From the NCBI GenBank assembly GCA_019057635.1, contig DXJL01000206.1, positions 11,112-35,111 of the forward strand: a stretch of DNA of 24,000 bases. Direction: 5' to 3'. The notes beneath the pieces are model-generated. The model was not told the origin of the DNA, did no database searches, and was given only the letters and a program-made list of their open reading frames with translations. The stretch's first letter is position 1, and each line of letters starts with the position of its first letter. Shown here piece by piece: positions 9,633 to 18,110 of the stretch. The position numbers were made by a program, and so were the translations under genes. Origin of the DNA: Candidatus Heimdallarchaeota archaeon. GTDB lineage: Archaea > Asgardarchaeota > Heimdallarchaeia > Hodarchaeales > Hodarchaeaceae.

Positions 9633-10532
9633 TTATGTTTGAATTTTTAACGAGAAATCTAAAGATCTTACTGAATGAGTCAAAGCACCAATTGAAATTA
9701 TATCTATTCCTTTTATCAAGTATTTCTCGATATTTTCTGTTTTTATTCCTCCACTGATTTCAATAAGGGGTTTCCTCTCAGTAATCCGATCATTCATAAA
9801 GGAAATTGCTTGTTGAATTTTTTCTGGAGTAAAATTATCAAGCATAATCACATCAGGGTGTAAATTTAGCACATTTTTAAATTCTTCAAGTGTTTCTACT
9901 TCGATATCAATTTTTTTACTGAATGATGATAGCTGTTGATATTTTGTAAGAATTTTTGCAATTGATTCTCCCTCAAATATCGCTAAGTGGTTTTCTTTTA
10001 TTAAAATTTCATCAGAGAGACTCCAACGATGTGTGTCGCCGCCACCAACTTTAACTGCATATTTTTCGAAATATCTGAAGCCAGGAGTCGTTTTACGAGT
10101 TGATGCAATTCTTAAGGACGCATCAGAGGTTGCGACCATGTTTACTAGTCGTTTAGTTTGTGTAGTAATACCCGATAATCGCATAATGATATTTAATATT
10201 GTCCGTTCAACCATGAGTATCATTTTACTACTTCCTCCAATAGTAAGAACGATATCATTCTGAACTACCTGATCTCCGTCATGTTTAATTGTTTTTACTT
10301 CTAAACCGACGGCTTCTAGCAGAATAAGCGCGAATTCAAGGCCACAAACATATCCTTGTTCTTTTGCAATAAGATTGGCTTGGACAATTCTATCTGGTGT
10401 TATATCAGTGGTAACATCCCCAAATTCAAGATCTTCTTGGAGAAATTGCAGTAATTTTTTTTCTAGTAATTTAGGAGGAAAATACGCCAAGTTTTTCACC
10501 TTTATGAAGCTGATTAGTGCTTTAAAATTCAA
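9633..10532 (-). CDS. nadC: Nicotinate-nucleotide pyrophosphorylase (carboxylating)
   Basis: DLEFGDVTTD; RTTPGFRYFEKYAVKVGGGDTHRWSLSDEILIKENHLA; LDNFTPEKI; EISGGI; DIISIGALTHS. Confidence 0.95.
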   Translation of the reverse strand: MNFKALISFIKVKNLAYFPPKLLEKKLLQFLQEDLEFGDVTTDITPDRIVQANLIAKEQGYVCGLEFALILLEAVGLEVKTIKHDGDQVVQNDIVLTIGGSSKMILMVERTILNIIMRLSGITTQTKRLVNMVATSDASLRIASTRKTTPGFRYFEKYAVKVGGGDTHRWSLSDEILIKENHLAIFEGESIAKILTKYQQLSSFSKKIDIEVETLEEFKNVLNLHPDVIMLDNFTPEKIQQAISFMNDRITERKPLIEISGGIKTENIEKYLIKGIDIISIGALTHSVRSLDFSLKIQT

Positions 10533-10610
10533 AAAGGGCTTCTGAATTTATTATGATATAAATTTTCGATTGATTTGTTTTCTAACATTCACGAGAAATA
10601 TCAATTGAAG

Positions 10611-10972
10611 CATGACTAAATTTGTCAGACAACGCAGTAAAACCGCGTTCTGGACAGGATGAGTCACACATCCGCTATCCGGAAAAAACCAATTCAAATG
10701 GTGAATTTGTTTTCGAGGGACTACTTGTTTCTATGGGGTTGGCGTTCTCTCTTGATTCCTCGAATTTCTGAAACCACTGGCCTTACCCCCCTCGCCTTTG
10801 ACGGGTAACTCGTCTAACGTAGTTACGAGGAAGGTACTCCAGGAGTCTTGAGCTCTATTCTGTTCATCACCTCCAATTCTTGAGGAATTTAGGGGAGGAG
10901 TCCTTTTAAGGTTTTCAGACAGAGAGTGAGGTGAAAATGAGAATATGAGTTTGTCGGACAAATTTGACCATG
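10611..10972. repeat. Copy 1 of a dispersed element: 362-bp unit with about 22-bp terminal inverted repeats; bases 10611-10829 are shared with 20818-21037
   Basis: Left end CATGACTAAATTTGTCAGACAA, reverse complement of right end CATGGTCAAATTTGTCCGACAA (18/22 match). The 10611-10829 part aligns by eye at about 85-88% to the reverse complement of 20818-21037. Confidence 0.85.
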
Positions 10973-11073
10973 TTTTTGTTATCATTGGAGGAGAAAGGAT
11001 GATAAACTTTTTATTTAGAGAATTTTTACGAAAATACCAAAGAAATACCAATTTCTAAGCTCGAGGATTTAAA

Positions 11074-11760
11074 TTGAAAGTTTCATGTTTAATATCAGGA
11101 GGGAAAGACTCAGTTTTTGCATTATGGTGCGCCCTTCACCAATTTGAGGTTATTTCGCTTATAAATATTCAAGCTAGAACCTCTGATAGCTTTCTTTTTC
11201 ACATCCCGAACACCCAGTACGTATCCTTAATTGCAGAAATGTTGGGTTTACCACTCCTTACAGTAAAAACTGCTTTCTCTAGTGTGAATGAAGAAACATC
11301 AATGTTAAAGCAAATATTCATTGATTCTGAGGCAGAAGCCATAATTACTGGAGGTATTAGATCAGAATTTCAAAGGTACAAGTTCAATTATGCGGCTTTG
11401 CAAGCTAATGTGAAGTGTTTTAATCCACTTTGGCGTCTTACACCTAGAACTCTTATGGATGAACTGCTAACAAACCATTTCCATATTATTCTTGTTTCTG
11501 TTTCTGCAATGGGTTTCGGGAAAGACCTCTTAGGTAAGAAGCTAACGCCTAAGAAATTAAATATGCTTAGGGCCTCAAATACGGTTTCAGAATTAGCAAC
11601 GACAGGAGAAGGAGGAGAATATGAATCATTTGTATTGAATGCTCCATTCTTTCCCTCCCGTATTATTGTGGATAAAGCCAAAGTACATTGGAACGAATTC
11701 AGGGAGGAAGGGCACTTCGAGATAATTAAAGCATATTTGGAACTTAAAAGACCTAGATGA
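11074..11760 (+). CDS. dph6: Diphthine--ammonia ligase (Dph6/PP-loop ATPase family)
   Basis: CLISGGKDSVFALWCA PP-loop; EAIITGGIRSEFQRYKFN; ELATTGEGGEYESFVLNAP signature. Confidence 0.92.
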   Translation: MKVSCLISGGKDSVFALWCALHQFEVISLINIQARTSDSFLFHIPNTQYVSLIAEMLGLPLLTVKTAFSSVNEETSMLKQIFIDSEAEAIITGGIRSEFQRYKFNYAALQANVKCFNPLWRLTPRTLMDELLTNHFHIILVSVSAMGFGKDLLGKKLTPKKLNMLRASNTVSELATTGEGGEYESFVLNAPFFPSRIIVDKAKVHWNEFREEGHFEIIKAYLELKRPR

Positions 11761-11763
11761 TAA

Positions 11764-12627
11764 CTACAGTGGTTCATAAGTTACCGATAGGCTTTCTATT
11801 GCTAAAATGCTTCCATTATCATTATCAGACAATGTAACAAAAATCAAATAAGGTTCTCCAGGATCAGTCAATTCGGATGAATTCAATTGGAAAAGATCCC
11901 CCTGAAAAGTGATTGATTCGAACCCTTCCAACGTAAAGATATGTGAACTACTGTTGATACTATTCATTATGAAGAATAATCCGCTTGAGGAAGCTACAGA
12001 AAAATCTAACCGCAAATTCATATCCATACTTCCATTATTACTCAAAGAAAAGTTCATCGTTAGTCCTTCCTGACTAAAAACTTGTGATGGATTTAATGAA
12101 ACCAGAGTAGTTGGCCCATAGGTGTCTCCAATGGTTAACACATCAGAGCTGAATGTTTTTGCGGATCTAGAGCTAGTTTTTCCTTGCGGAAACACAGTAA
12201 CTTCAATAAAAATTGTGTCATTCCCAGGAATTAATTCATTCTGATCGATCGTGTTATCGCATGTAAGAGGAATTGTTTCAATGGCTAAACCTGGCAAGAG
12301 AATTTTCGATTGATCCATATACCAACCTAGAATTGGGGTTCTATTGAAATAAAAAAGCGAAAATGCATCAGCAGATATTTCAACGTTTGTTCTTTCGGTA
12401 TTCTGTAAAGTTATATCAAATCTATCAACTTTGATATCACTATCAGTGGTTTCAAAAGAAGAGACGGCTATAACTTCAACACCTAAAGGATCAGGAGCAT
12501 TAATGGTACCAAACATCACTAAGGCAACTCCTAATCCAGCAACTACTACAAGTCCAATTAAAAGAACAGTGGCAATTACAGGACTAATTCCTCTTTTTGT
12601 TTTTTTAGTAATAAGCCAATTCTTCAT
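11764..12627 (-). CDS. Archaeal type-IV-pilin-like secreted/surface protein
   Basis: N-terminus MKNWLITKKTKRGISPVIATVLLIGLVVVAGLGVALVMFG (prepilin-type hydrophobic N-terminus after KRG), then beta-rich Ser/Thr/Asn ectodomain. Start at second Met (12627) or at 12642. Confidence 0.82.
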   Translation of the reverse strand: MKNWLITKKTKRGISPVIATVLLIGLVVVAGLGVALVMFGTINAPDPLGVEVIAVSSFETTDSDIKVDRFDITLQNTERTNVEISADAFSLFYFNRTPILGWYMDQSKILLPGLAIETIPLTCDNTIDQNELIPGNDTIFIEVTVFPQGKTSSRSAKTFSSDVLTIGDTYGPTTLVSLNPSQVFSQEGLTMNFSLSNNGSMDMNLRLDFSVASSSGLFFIMNSINSSSHIFTLEGFESITFQGDLFQLNSSELTDPGEPYLIFVTLSDNDNGSILAIESLSVTYEPL

Positions 12628-12895
12628 TGTTTCACATCTCACATCTTTTTTTAAATAGGGGTGATATTTACATAAAGGGAGAAATTAGTAAAGGAAATTC
12701 AACGAAATTGAAAATCAATCGTATTATGATCTTTGTCCAAGTCTTCTCTTTTTTATCTTTCCTAACAAACATAAATCCTGATTCTGATTTTTCTCCTTCA
12801 ATTTTCGTAAGTTCATTTTTTAGTCTGTTATTACTGGAATAATTTTAAGATTCGCTCATTTTCCTTATCGATAGTAAAATAATTGAACCGGAACA

Positions 12896-13000
12896 TCAAT
12901 AAAGTTATCAGCGCAAAGCTTTTCTGCTAAGCCGGACGGTAATCAGCTTCATCGCAACGGGAAGGCCTCTGCTGACCGATACATTAGCAGTCTTTATTGA
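12896..13000. other. 105-nt candidate structured RNA or regulatory element with nested inverted repeats
   Basis: Outer arms TCAATAAAG (12896-12904) / CTTTATTGA (12992-13000), middle CTGCTAA (12924-12930) / TTAGCAG (12984-12990), inner CGG..TCAGC (12937-12947) / GCTGA-CCG (12971-12978); more GC-rich than its surroundings and non-coding. Confidence 0.6.
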
Positions 13001-13020
13001 AAAGATCCTCTAGTCTTGTT

Positions 13021-14859
13021 TTACCATCGTGAAAAACCAATTCCACAAGTTTCCGATATAAGTAACAAGAATAAAGCAATTTCCTCCATTTCTTGATTTG
13101 ATTCTGATGCAACAAACACAACTCCTTCTCCCTGATATAATGGTTGCATAATCATTGATAGTATTGCATCTAACGTTTTACCCAGAGTCCACAAAGCTTC
13201 TGTTTCAATTTGCTCACGAATTTCTTTTTCATAAATGAAAGTCTTAAATTTTGACGGAATTTTTTCCTTAATAAAATCACGATTGGGAGGAATTACCAAA
13301 ATGGCTCCTTCTCTTGGTATGTTAAATCTTGAAGATAGTGTTTTAATATTCAGTTCTACTTGAGTAAGATATTCTACGATGCTTAGCCATAATATTCCCC
13401 GTAAAGCAATTTTTTCATTTTCAGAAGAAACCCCTAAAGACACTGAACGTTCGTTGATTTCTAGGCTTCCTTCAACCCTTGCTGCTAAGTCTTTTAACGA
13501 ATCATTTATGCTTTCGAGTCTTGGTCCATATGTAGAGATATGATATTCAAAGCGATCACGCTTGCGGAACAAACTAACTGTAATGTTTGATTCACTAGAA
13601 GGTACAACGCTTGTTGGTGAGAGTTCAAGGGCCATGGGTGATGTATCTAGAACTACTGGAATGTCAGCGAAATTGTATTGTAAACCGCTCTCTCTGTTTT
13701 TCTGTAGTTTGGCTTTAAGTCCGGGACTTAAGGCCTCTATCGTGATAGAGCGTTTAATAACAGGTTTAACTATCGGTTGTTTTGTTGGAATTGCATCTGG
13801 CTCAGAATCTAGTTCAATAATAGGTGGTGGTGTGGTTTCTTCAATCGCTGGAGTACCAATTGATGAGGATTGTGTCTGTAACTTATCTCTTCCAACAACT
13901 AGTTCTTGAAGTTCGGGAGGTTCCGTAGTTTCTATTTCTATTGATGGAGGAGTAAGTTCTCGCATCTTATACATGACTGGAGCTGACATTGTTACTACAA
14001 TGTCTTTTCCAGGTTGTATTACTGTTGATAGTAATACATTGTTTCTGAGATAATTATCCTCACTTGAGGGAAACAGTGCCATGGATTGAGCTATCTCTCG
14101 GGCATCCTCATTATCAATGAATTTTCTCATTTTTGCTGTATTGGTGTTCTCACCAAAAATTCTGCTAAGGACGTCATAAACATGCTCTCCTGCATTTGCA
14201 GAAAAATACTGTTTGAGAGGTGATTCCAAACCGAAAATCAATATATTATCATTTTCCTCAACTCCAGGTATAGGAGTAAACGACAGAACTCGCGAAGTCT
14301 TGGAAGCATCTATAATGGATAAAAGATCGCTTGTGTCATTTGGGTCGATGAAAACCAGTCTGGACACGACACTCTCAACCCCATATCTCAGATCATGAGC
14401 AAAAGCTGTAAGTAATACCAAAGCAGAAAGCATGCCATCTGGTGTTCGAGGAATGACATATATAGAATTTGCAGGAGATGTCAATAATTGATAAAAGGTA
14501 TCTAACTGTCTATTTTGAGCATCTAAGACATTTCCTTCCAGAAATTGTTCTACCAATTTTAATACAATTCCCATGGTAGGTACTACTTGACGAGCACTTT
14601 TCTCTATAGGGATCAGCACAATTGCTACAAGATCGTCAGTTCTTCTTACCTGTGGGAATAAAAATACCATCCGATGATTGGCAAATCTAATAAAGTGAAT
14701 TCTTTCACCTCCCATAATCTTCTTTGAAAAAAGGGTGAGAACTTGGGTAACTGTTGCACTGATTTTTGAGTGTCGAGATAAAAGACCTTTACCGGAGCTA
14801 AAAATTACTCTATTTTGGTGAACGACAAGGAGATCGGTAGAACCCATTTGTGTATCCAT
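13021..14859 (-). CDS. Uncharacterised 612-aa protein with candidate N-terminal longin-like domain and a conserved-looking C-terminal alpha/beta region
   Basis: DLLVVHQNRVIFSSGKG...ISATVTQVLTLFSKKIMGGERIHFIRFANHRMVFLF...DLVAIVLIP...VVPTMGIVLKLVEQFLEG resembles the beta-beta-alpha-beta-beta-beta-alpha longin/Mon1-type pattern. Long intact ORF in an otherwise dense cluster. Confidence 0.85.
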   Translation of the reverse strand: MDTQMGSTDLLVVHQNRVIFSSGKGLLSRHSKISATVTQVLTLFSKKIMGGERIHFIRFANHRMVFLFPQVRRTDDLVAIVLIPIEKSARQVVPTMGIVLKLVEQFLEGNVLDAQNRQLDTFYQLLTSPANSIYVIPRTPDGMLSALVLLTAFAHDLRYGVESVVSRLVFIDPNDTSDLLSIIDASKTSRVLSFTPIPGVEENDNILIFGLESPLKQYFSANAGEHVYDVLSRIFGENTNTAKMRKFIDNEDAREIAQSMALFPSSEDNYLRNNVLLSTVIQPGKDIVVTMSAPVMYKMRELTPPSIEIETTEPPELQELVVGRDKLQTQSSSIGTPAIEETTPPPIIELDSEPDAIPTKQPIVKPVIKRSITIEALSPGLKAKLQKNRESGLQYNFADIPVVLDTSPMALELSPTSVVPSSESNITVSLFRKRDRFEYHISTYGPRLESINDSLKDLAARVEGSLEINERSVSLGVSSENEKIALRGILWLSIVEYLTQVELNIKTLSSRFNIPREGAILVIPPNRDFIKEKIPSKFKTFIYEKEIREQIETEALWTLGKTLDAILSMIMQPLYQGEGVVFVASESNQEMEEIALFLLLISETCGIGFSRW

Positions 14860-14901
14860 GGTAATTCATTGGAATATTCTATAAGCTTGCTTATTAAGGT
14901 T

Positions 14902-15531
14902 TCAGGATCTAAAATTTGAAAGCTTAAAATCACCTTTTCGTAGGATTATTGGATCATCAGGGGACGTTATATCAATAATAGTTGAAGGTGATCTTTGTGG
15001 TAAAATACCTTGATCAATCCACAAATTTACGCCTCTTGTTGAAAGATCATTAAATACTTCAGAAAAATTTATACTTGGTTCGTGACCTGAGGTATTTGCT
15101 GAAGTACCGACAATTGGAGCCTCTATATTTCGTATAATACTTAGTAGAATATCATGTGCTGGTACACGACATGCAATAGTATTGTTACCAGATGTGTTTA
15201 AGTATGGAGATAGTTCTTTCAGGCCAGACATTTTCCAATTCACAATAAACGTAATTGAAGCAGGCCAGATATCTCTAAGACGATTGATAACGCTGTCAGG
15301 AGCCTCTATATATTGACATATCATATCTAAGGTTATTAATACACTTAATGGCTTTTCAAAAGACCTTTTCTTAATTTTAAAGATCTTCTGTACATTTTTG
15401 TTGTTTTGTTTTGTGGCAATAGTTCCTAATCCATAAACTGTATCAGTAGGAAATACAGCAATATCCCCTCTCCTCATTAATAAAGCAGCTTTACTTACTA
15501 TTTCAGGATCACTAGTATCAATAATTATCAA
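14902..15531 (-). CDS. tsaC: Sua5/YciO/YrdC family L-threonylcarbamoyladenylate synthase
   Basis: GDIAVFPTDTVYGLGTIATKQNNKNVQKIFKIKKRSFEKPLSVLI; RVPAHDILLSIIRNIEAPIVGTSANTSGHEPS. Confidence 0.95.
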   Translation of the reverse strand: MIIIDTSDPEIVSKAALLMRRGDIAVFPTDTVYGLGTIATKQNNKNVQKIFKIKKRSFEKPLSVLITLDMICQYIEAPDSVINRLRDIWPASITFIVNWKMSGLKELSPYLNTSGNNTIACRVPAHDILLSIIRNIEAPIVGTSANTSGHEPSINFSEVFNDLSTRGVNLWIDQGILPQRSPSTIIDITSPDDPIILRKGDFKLSNFRS

Positions 15532-15606
15532 GCGAATTCCTCTCTCAAAATTTTCATATGAGGAATTTAAAAATTCGTAATGAAAATTAGTAATATATTC
15601 TTTCAG

Positions 15607-16359
15607 TTATTGCTGTTGTTTCATCATGTGAATAATGATTTCTCTTACGAGGCTTTCTACTGGTTTTATCACGCGATTTACGCTTGTAGGTCTATATTCT
15701 TTTTTCAACCTACCATTTTCATTTACTATTTTACTCCGATCACTACTGGAAAGGAGTAGTTTCAAATCGTCACGTGCCTTCAGGCATGAAACTTCAATAA
15801 TTCTGACCGCTGCATCTCTTAAACTGGTCACTGCACCAGATTCACTCAACAATTTTCCCACTTCAAATGAAGAAATGCGTTGTTCAACGGGGAGGTCCAT
15901 TTTGTTTAGCATAATATGATATGGTAAAGAGCCGCTCGCTAGTTTATCTCCAACAAGGTCATTAATTTCTCGAAGTGCAAATTTATTTTCCTCCCATCTA
16001 GATTTTTCAGAATCAACAACACAAATTAATCCATGGGCTCCTCTTAAGACAACTTTCCTCTGTCCTGAGTGACGTTCCTGACCAGGCACAGTAAATAAAT
16101 GATATTTTAAAATAGGGAGACCTGCACTCGTTCTACCAATTCCAAAAATACCCTGATCAAAGAAAAGAGTGCGTCCTGTTGGATCTTCCAATTTTAAGAA
16201 TTTATAGACATTTTCTGGATCTTCAAGGCTTTTTAACACCTTTGTTATTGTTAAAGCTGTGGTTTTCCCTGCTAGAGTAGGTCCCCAAAATACAATTTTA
16301 ACTACAGGGATTCCTTGGTGATCTCTTTTTATTGTTTCAAAGGTAGATTGTGCCTGCAT
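15607..16359 (-). CDS. Small GTPase of MglA/Arf-like (Asgard) type
   Basis: G1 GPTLAGKTT; TLFFDQGIFGIG..; G3 LFTVPGQERHSGQRKVVLRGAHGLICVVDS; G4 NKMD; G5-like SCLKA. ATG at 16359 (MQAQSTFETIKRD) fits better than the track start at 16416. Confidence 0.9.
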   Translation of the reverse strand: MQAQSTFETIKRDHQGIPVVKIVFWGPTLAGKTTALTITKVLKSLEDPENVYKFLKLEDPTGRTLFFDQGIFGIGRTSAGLPILKYHLFTVPGQERHSGQRKVVLRGAHGLICVVDSEKSRWEENKFALREINDLVGDKLASGSLPYHIMLNKMDLPVEQRISSFEVGKLLSESGAVTSLRDAAVRIIEVSCLKARDDLKLLLSSSDRSKIVNENGRLKKEYRPTSVNRVIKPVESLVREIIIHMMKQQQ

Positions 16360-16420
16360 GGTAAACACCTTGTTATGGATAGGGATGGATGTGTGTATGC
16401 AAAAGAGCTTTTTCAAATTA

Positions 16421-16981
16421 TTAAGATATATTATCTTTCTCTATAACTTGTTTTGCTAAGCTATGGAAAATTTCAGTAATTTCGGAACCCCCCTCTTTTG
16501 CTGAGGTTTCATAATATGACATATTTAGTTCATCAGCAACTTTTCGGGCATCTTTTTCAGATACTACTCTTTCATCAACGAGATCGTTTTTATTTCCAGC
16601 TAAAGCAATGGGAACAGTTGGTGGGATGTACTTAGTAAATTCGGTTAACCATTTCGGAATCGCCTCGAAAGACTTTTCATCAGTAAGTGCAAACATAATC
16701 AAGCAAGCTGTAGCTCCTCGGTAATAGCTCGGTCTTAATTTGCCAAAGAACTCCTGTCCAGCAGTGTCTACTAAGATTAATTTAACTTGACTGTTATTAA
16801 CCTCAATCTTCTTTGTTGTAATGTCAACACCTAGCGTTGGTAAATAATTGGTTTCGAATTTGTTCTCTGCAAATCTACGGATGAGGGATGTTTTTCCTAC
16901 ACTCCCAGATCCAATTGCACAAATTTTGAGTAAGTATTCATTAGTATTTGTCAAAGATGAAACTCCTATTAATACTGTCAT
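16421..16981 (-). CDS. Ras/Rab-like small GTPase
   Basis: G1 GSGSVGKTSL; NYLPTLGVDITTK; G3 DTAGQE; G4 NKND; G5 TSAK. No C-terminal prenylation cysteine. Confidence 0.95.
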   Translation of the reverse strand: MTVLIGVSSLTNTNEYLLKICAIGSGSVGKTSLIRRFAENKFETNYLPTLGVDITTKKIEVNNSQVKLILVDTAGQEFFGKLRPSYYRGATACLIMFALTDEKSFEAIPKWLTEFTKYIPPTVPIALAGNKNDLVDERVVSEKDARKVADELNMSYYETSAKEGGSEITEIFHSLAKQVIEKDNIS

Positions 16982-17889
16982 AAACCCATTTTTGAAAGAT
17001 CTTGTAGTGATTGTCGCATATCGTCAATAAATTCGTCTCGTTCGGAACGTGTTTTTTCCCTCAACATATCAACAAAGAGAACCTGTCCATTTTCAATATA
17101 CAGACGAACCTCATAATGAGAAGCGGGGAATATGCCCCCAGGTAAATCATCCATCGGTTCTAACTTTACAACATCCTTAGAAAAGAGCTGTAAATGCTCT
17201 TTAATGACCGAAAATACGGTATTTCCAATAATAACAATTTCTCTTGTCAAATGTGAAGGAATCGTTAATTCTTTTAATTTTTCAGCTACAACACTAAGGG
17301 GAGTGGAGGTCGTTGCTTCGACTTGACGTGTAACAACAACTTCTGTTTCCTTCACTACTCTAGGTTTTGAAACATGAGAAGGTGTTGGTGCACTACTTGG
17401 CTTGGATGTGGGAGCAGTTGAGGGTGTTGGAGTAGGTCGTGTTGGAAGTGTTGGTTCCGGAGCAGATCGTGCTCTTGGTGCGGCAGATGGAGCAGTACGA
17501 GTAGTTGAAACAGAAGTTTGAGAAGGAGCAGTTGTGGGACGTGAAACAACCTGAGATTCAGCCTTATCTGCGTCTGAAGAAATAGTTTTTGGTGATATTT
17601 CACCAAAAATTGCAAGAAAATCCTTCCCCTCTATTCCAGGGTCGAGACTATCAATACGGTAAACCATTCCATATTGTTCTTGTCGCATTTGCTGTGCAGC
17701 CTTGGCCGATATGAATTTTCTTCTCACTGGGGCCTCTTCCCCCTTCCAGATAAAAATCTTTCTTACTCCTTCATCTACAACAATATAAACTGCATCATTT
17801 TGTAGTCCTTCAAGGGAAGACACATCACAAGGAGTTAGAGTTCCATCGTCGTTTACTGTAAACTTTTTAATAACATCAGAGTTGCTCAC
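16978..17889 (-). CDS. Gelsolin-like domain protein with Pro/Thr/Ser-rich linker and uncharacterised C-terminal domain
   Basis: N-terminus LQNDAVYIVVDEGVRKIFIWKGEEAPVRRKFISAKAAQQMRQEQYGMVYRIDSLDPGIEGKDFLAIFG matches the gelsolin repeat pattern (ilD...ifvWkG...e...A...A). Stop codon overlaps the start of the Rab-like gene (ATGA, 16978-16981). Confidence 0.88.
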   Translation of the reverse strand: MSNSDVIKKFTVNDDGTLTPCDVSSLEGLQNDAVYIVVDEGVRKIFIWKGEEAPVRRKFISAKAAQQMRQEQYGMVYRIDSLDPGIEGKDFLAIFGEISPKTISSDADKAESQVVSRPTTAPSQTSVSTTRTAPSAAPRARSAPEPTLPTRPTPTPSTAPTSKPSSAPTPSHVSKPRVVKETEVVVTRQVEATTSTPLSVVAEKLKELTIPSHLTREIVIIGNTVFSVIKEHLQLFSKDVVKLEPMDDLPGGIFPASHYEVRLYIENGQVLFVDMLREKTRSERDEFIDDMRQSLQDLSKMGL

Positions 17890-18110
17890 AGGTTATCATC
17901 ACACAGGGTCAAGTGTAAAATCATGAGTATTGGGCGATTTTCGCGGATTTTCTATATGTAAATGATATCAATACCACTTTTTAAAATCCACTTAATAAAT
18001 GAGTCATTAAAGGTTATGACATTCTTTCATAAATTTCTTTCTTTTCAACAAACATTTCTTATTAGATATATTTTTTGTTTAGTAGAGATTTTGTTTTTAA
18101 TTGTATAAAA

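Noticed and set aside
10731-11051. ORF of 106 aa on the minus strand
   Set aside because: It lies over the repeat element, has low-complexity unlikely protein content, and is not preserved in the second copy.
12627-12842. ORF of 71 aa on the plus strand between the pilin-like gene and the structured element
   Set aside because: It is short, AT-rich, has no domain and overlaps the probable promoter/leader of the pilin-like gene; not enough support.
12896-13000. Assignment of the 105-nt element to a c-di-GMP riboswitch because of the CGCAAAGC string, or to an H/ACA sRNA because of ACA near the 3' side
   Set aside because: The remaining conserved nucleotides and helix layout of those families are not present, so the element is left unassigned.
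13562-13909. ORF of 115 aa on the plus strand within the 612-aa gene
   Set aside because: It is antisense to the linker region of a long intact ORF and shows no independent coding signal.
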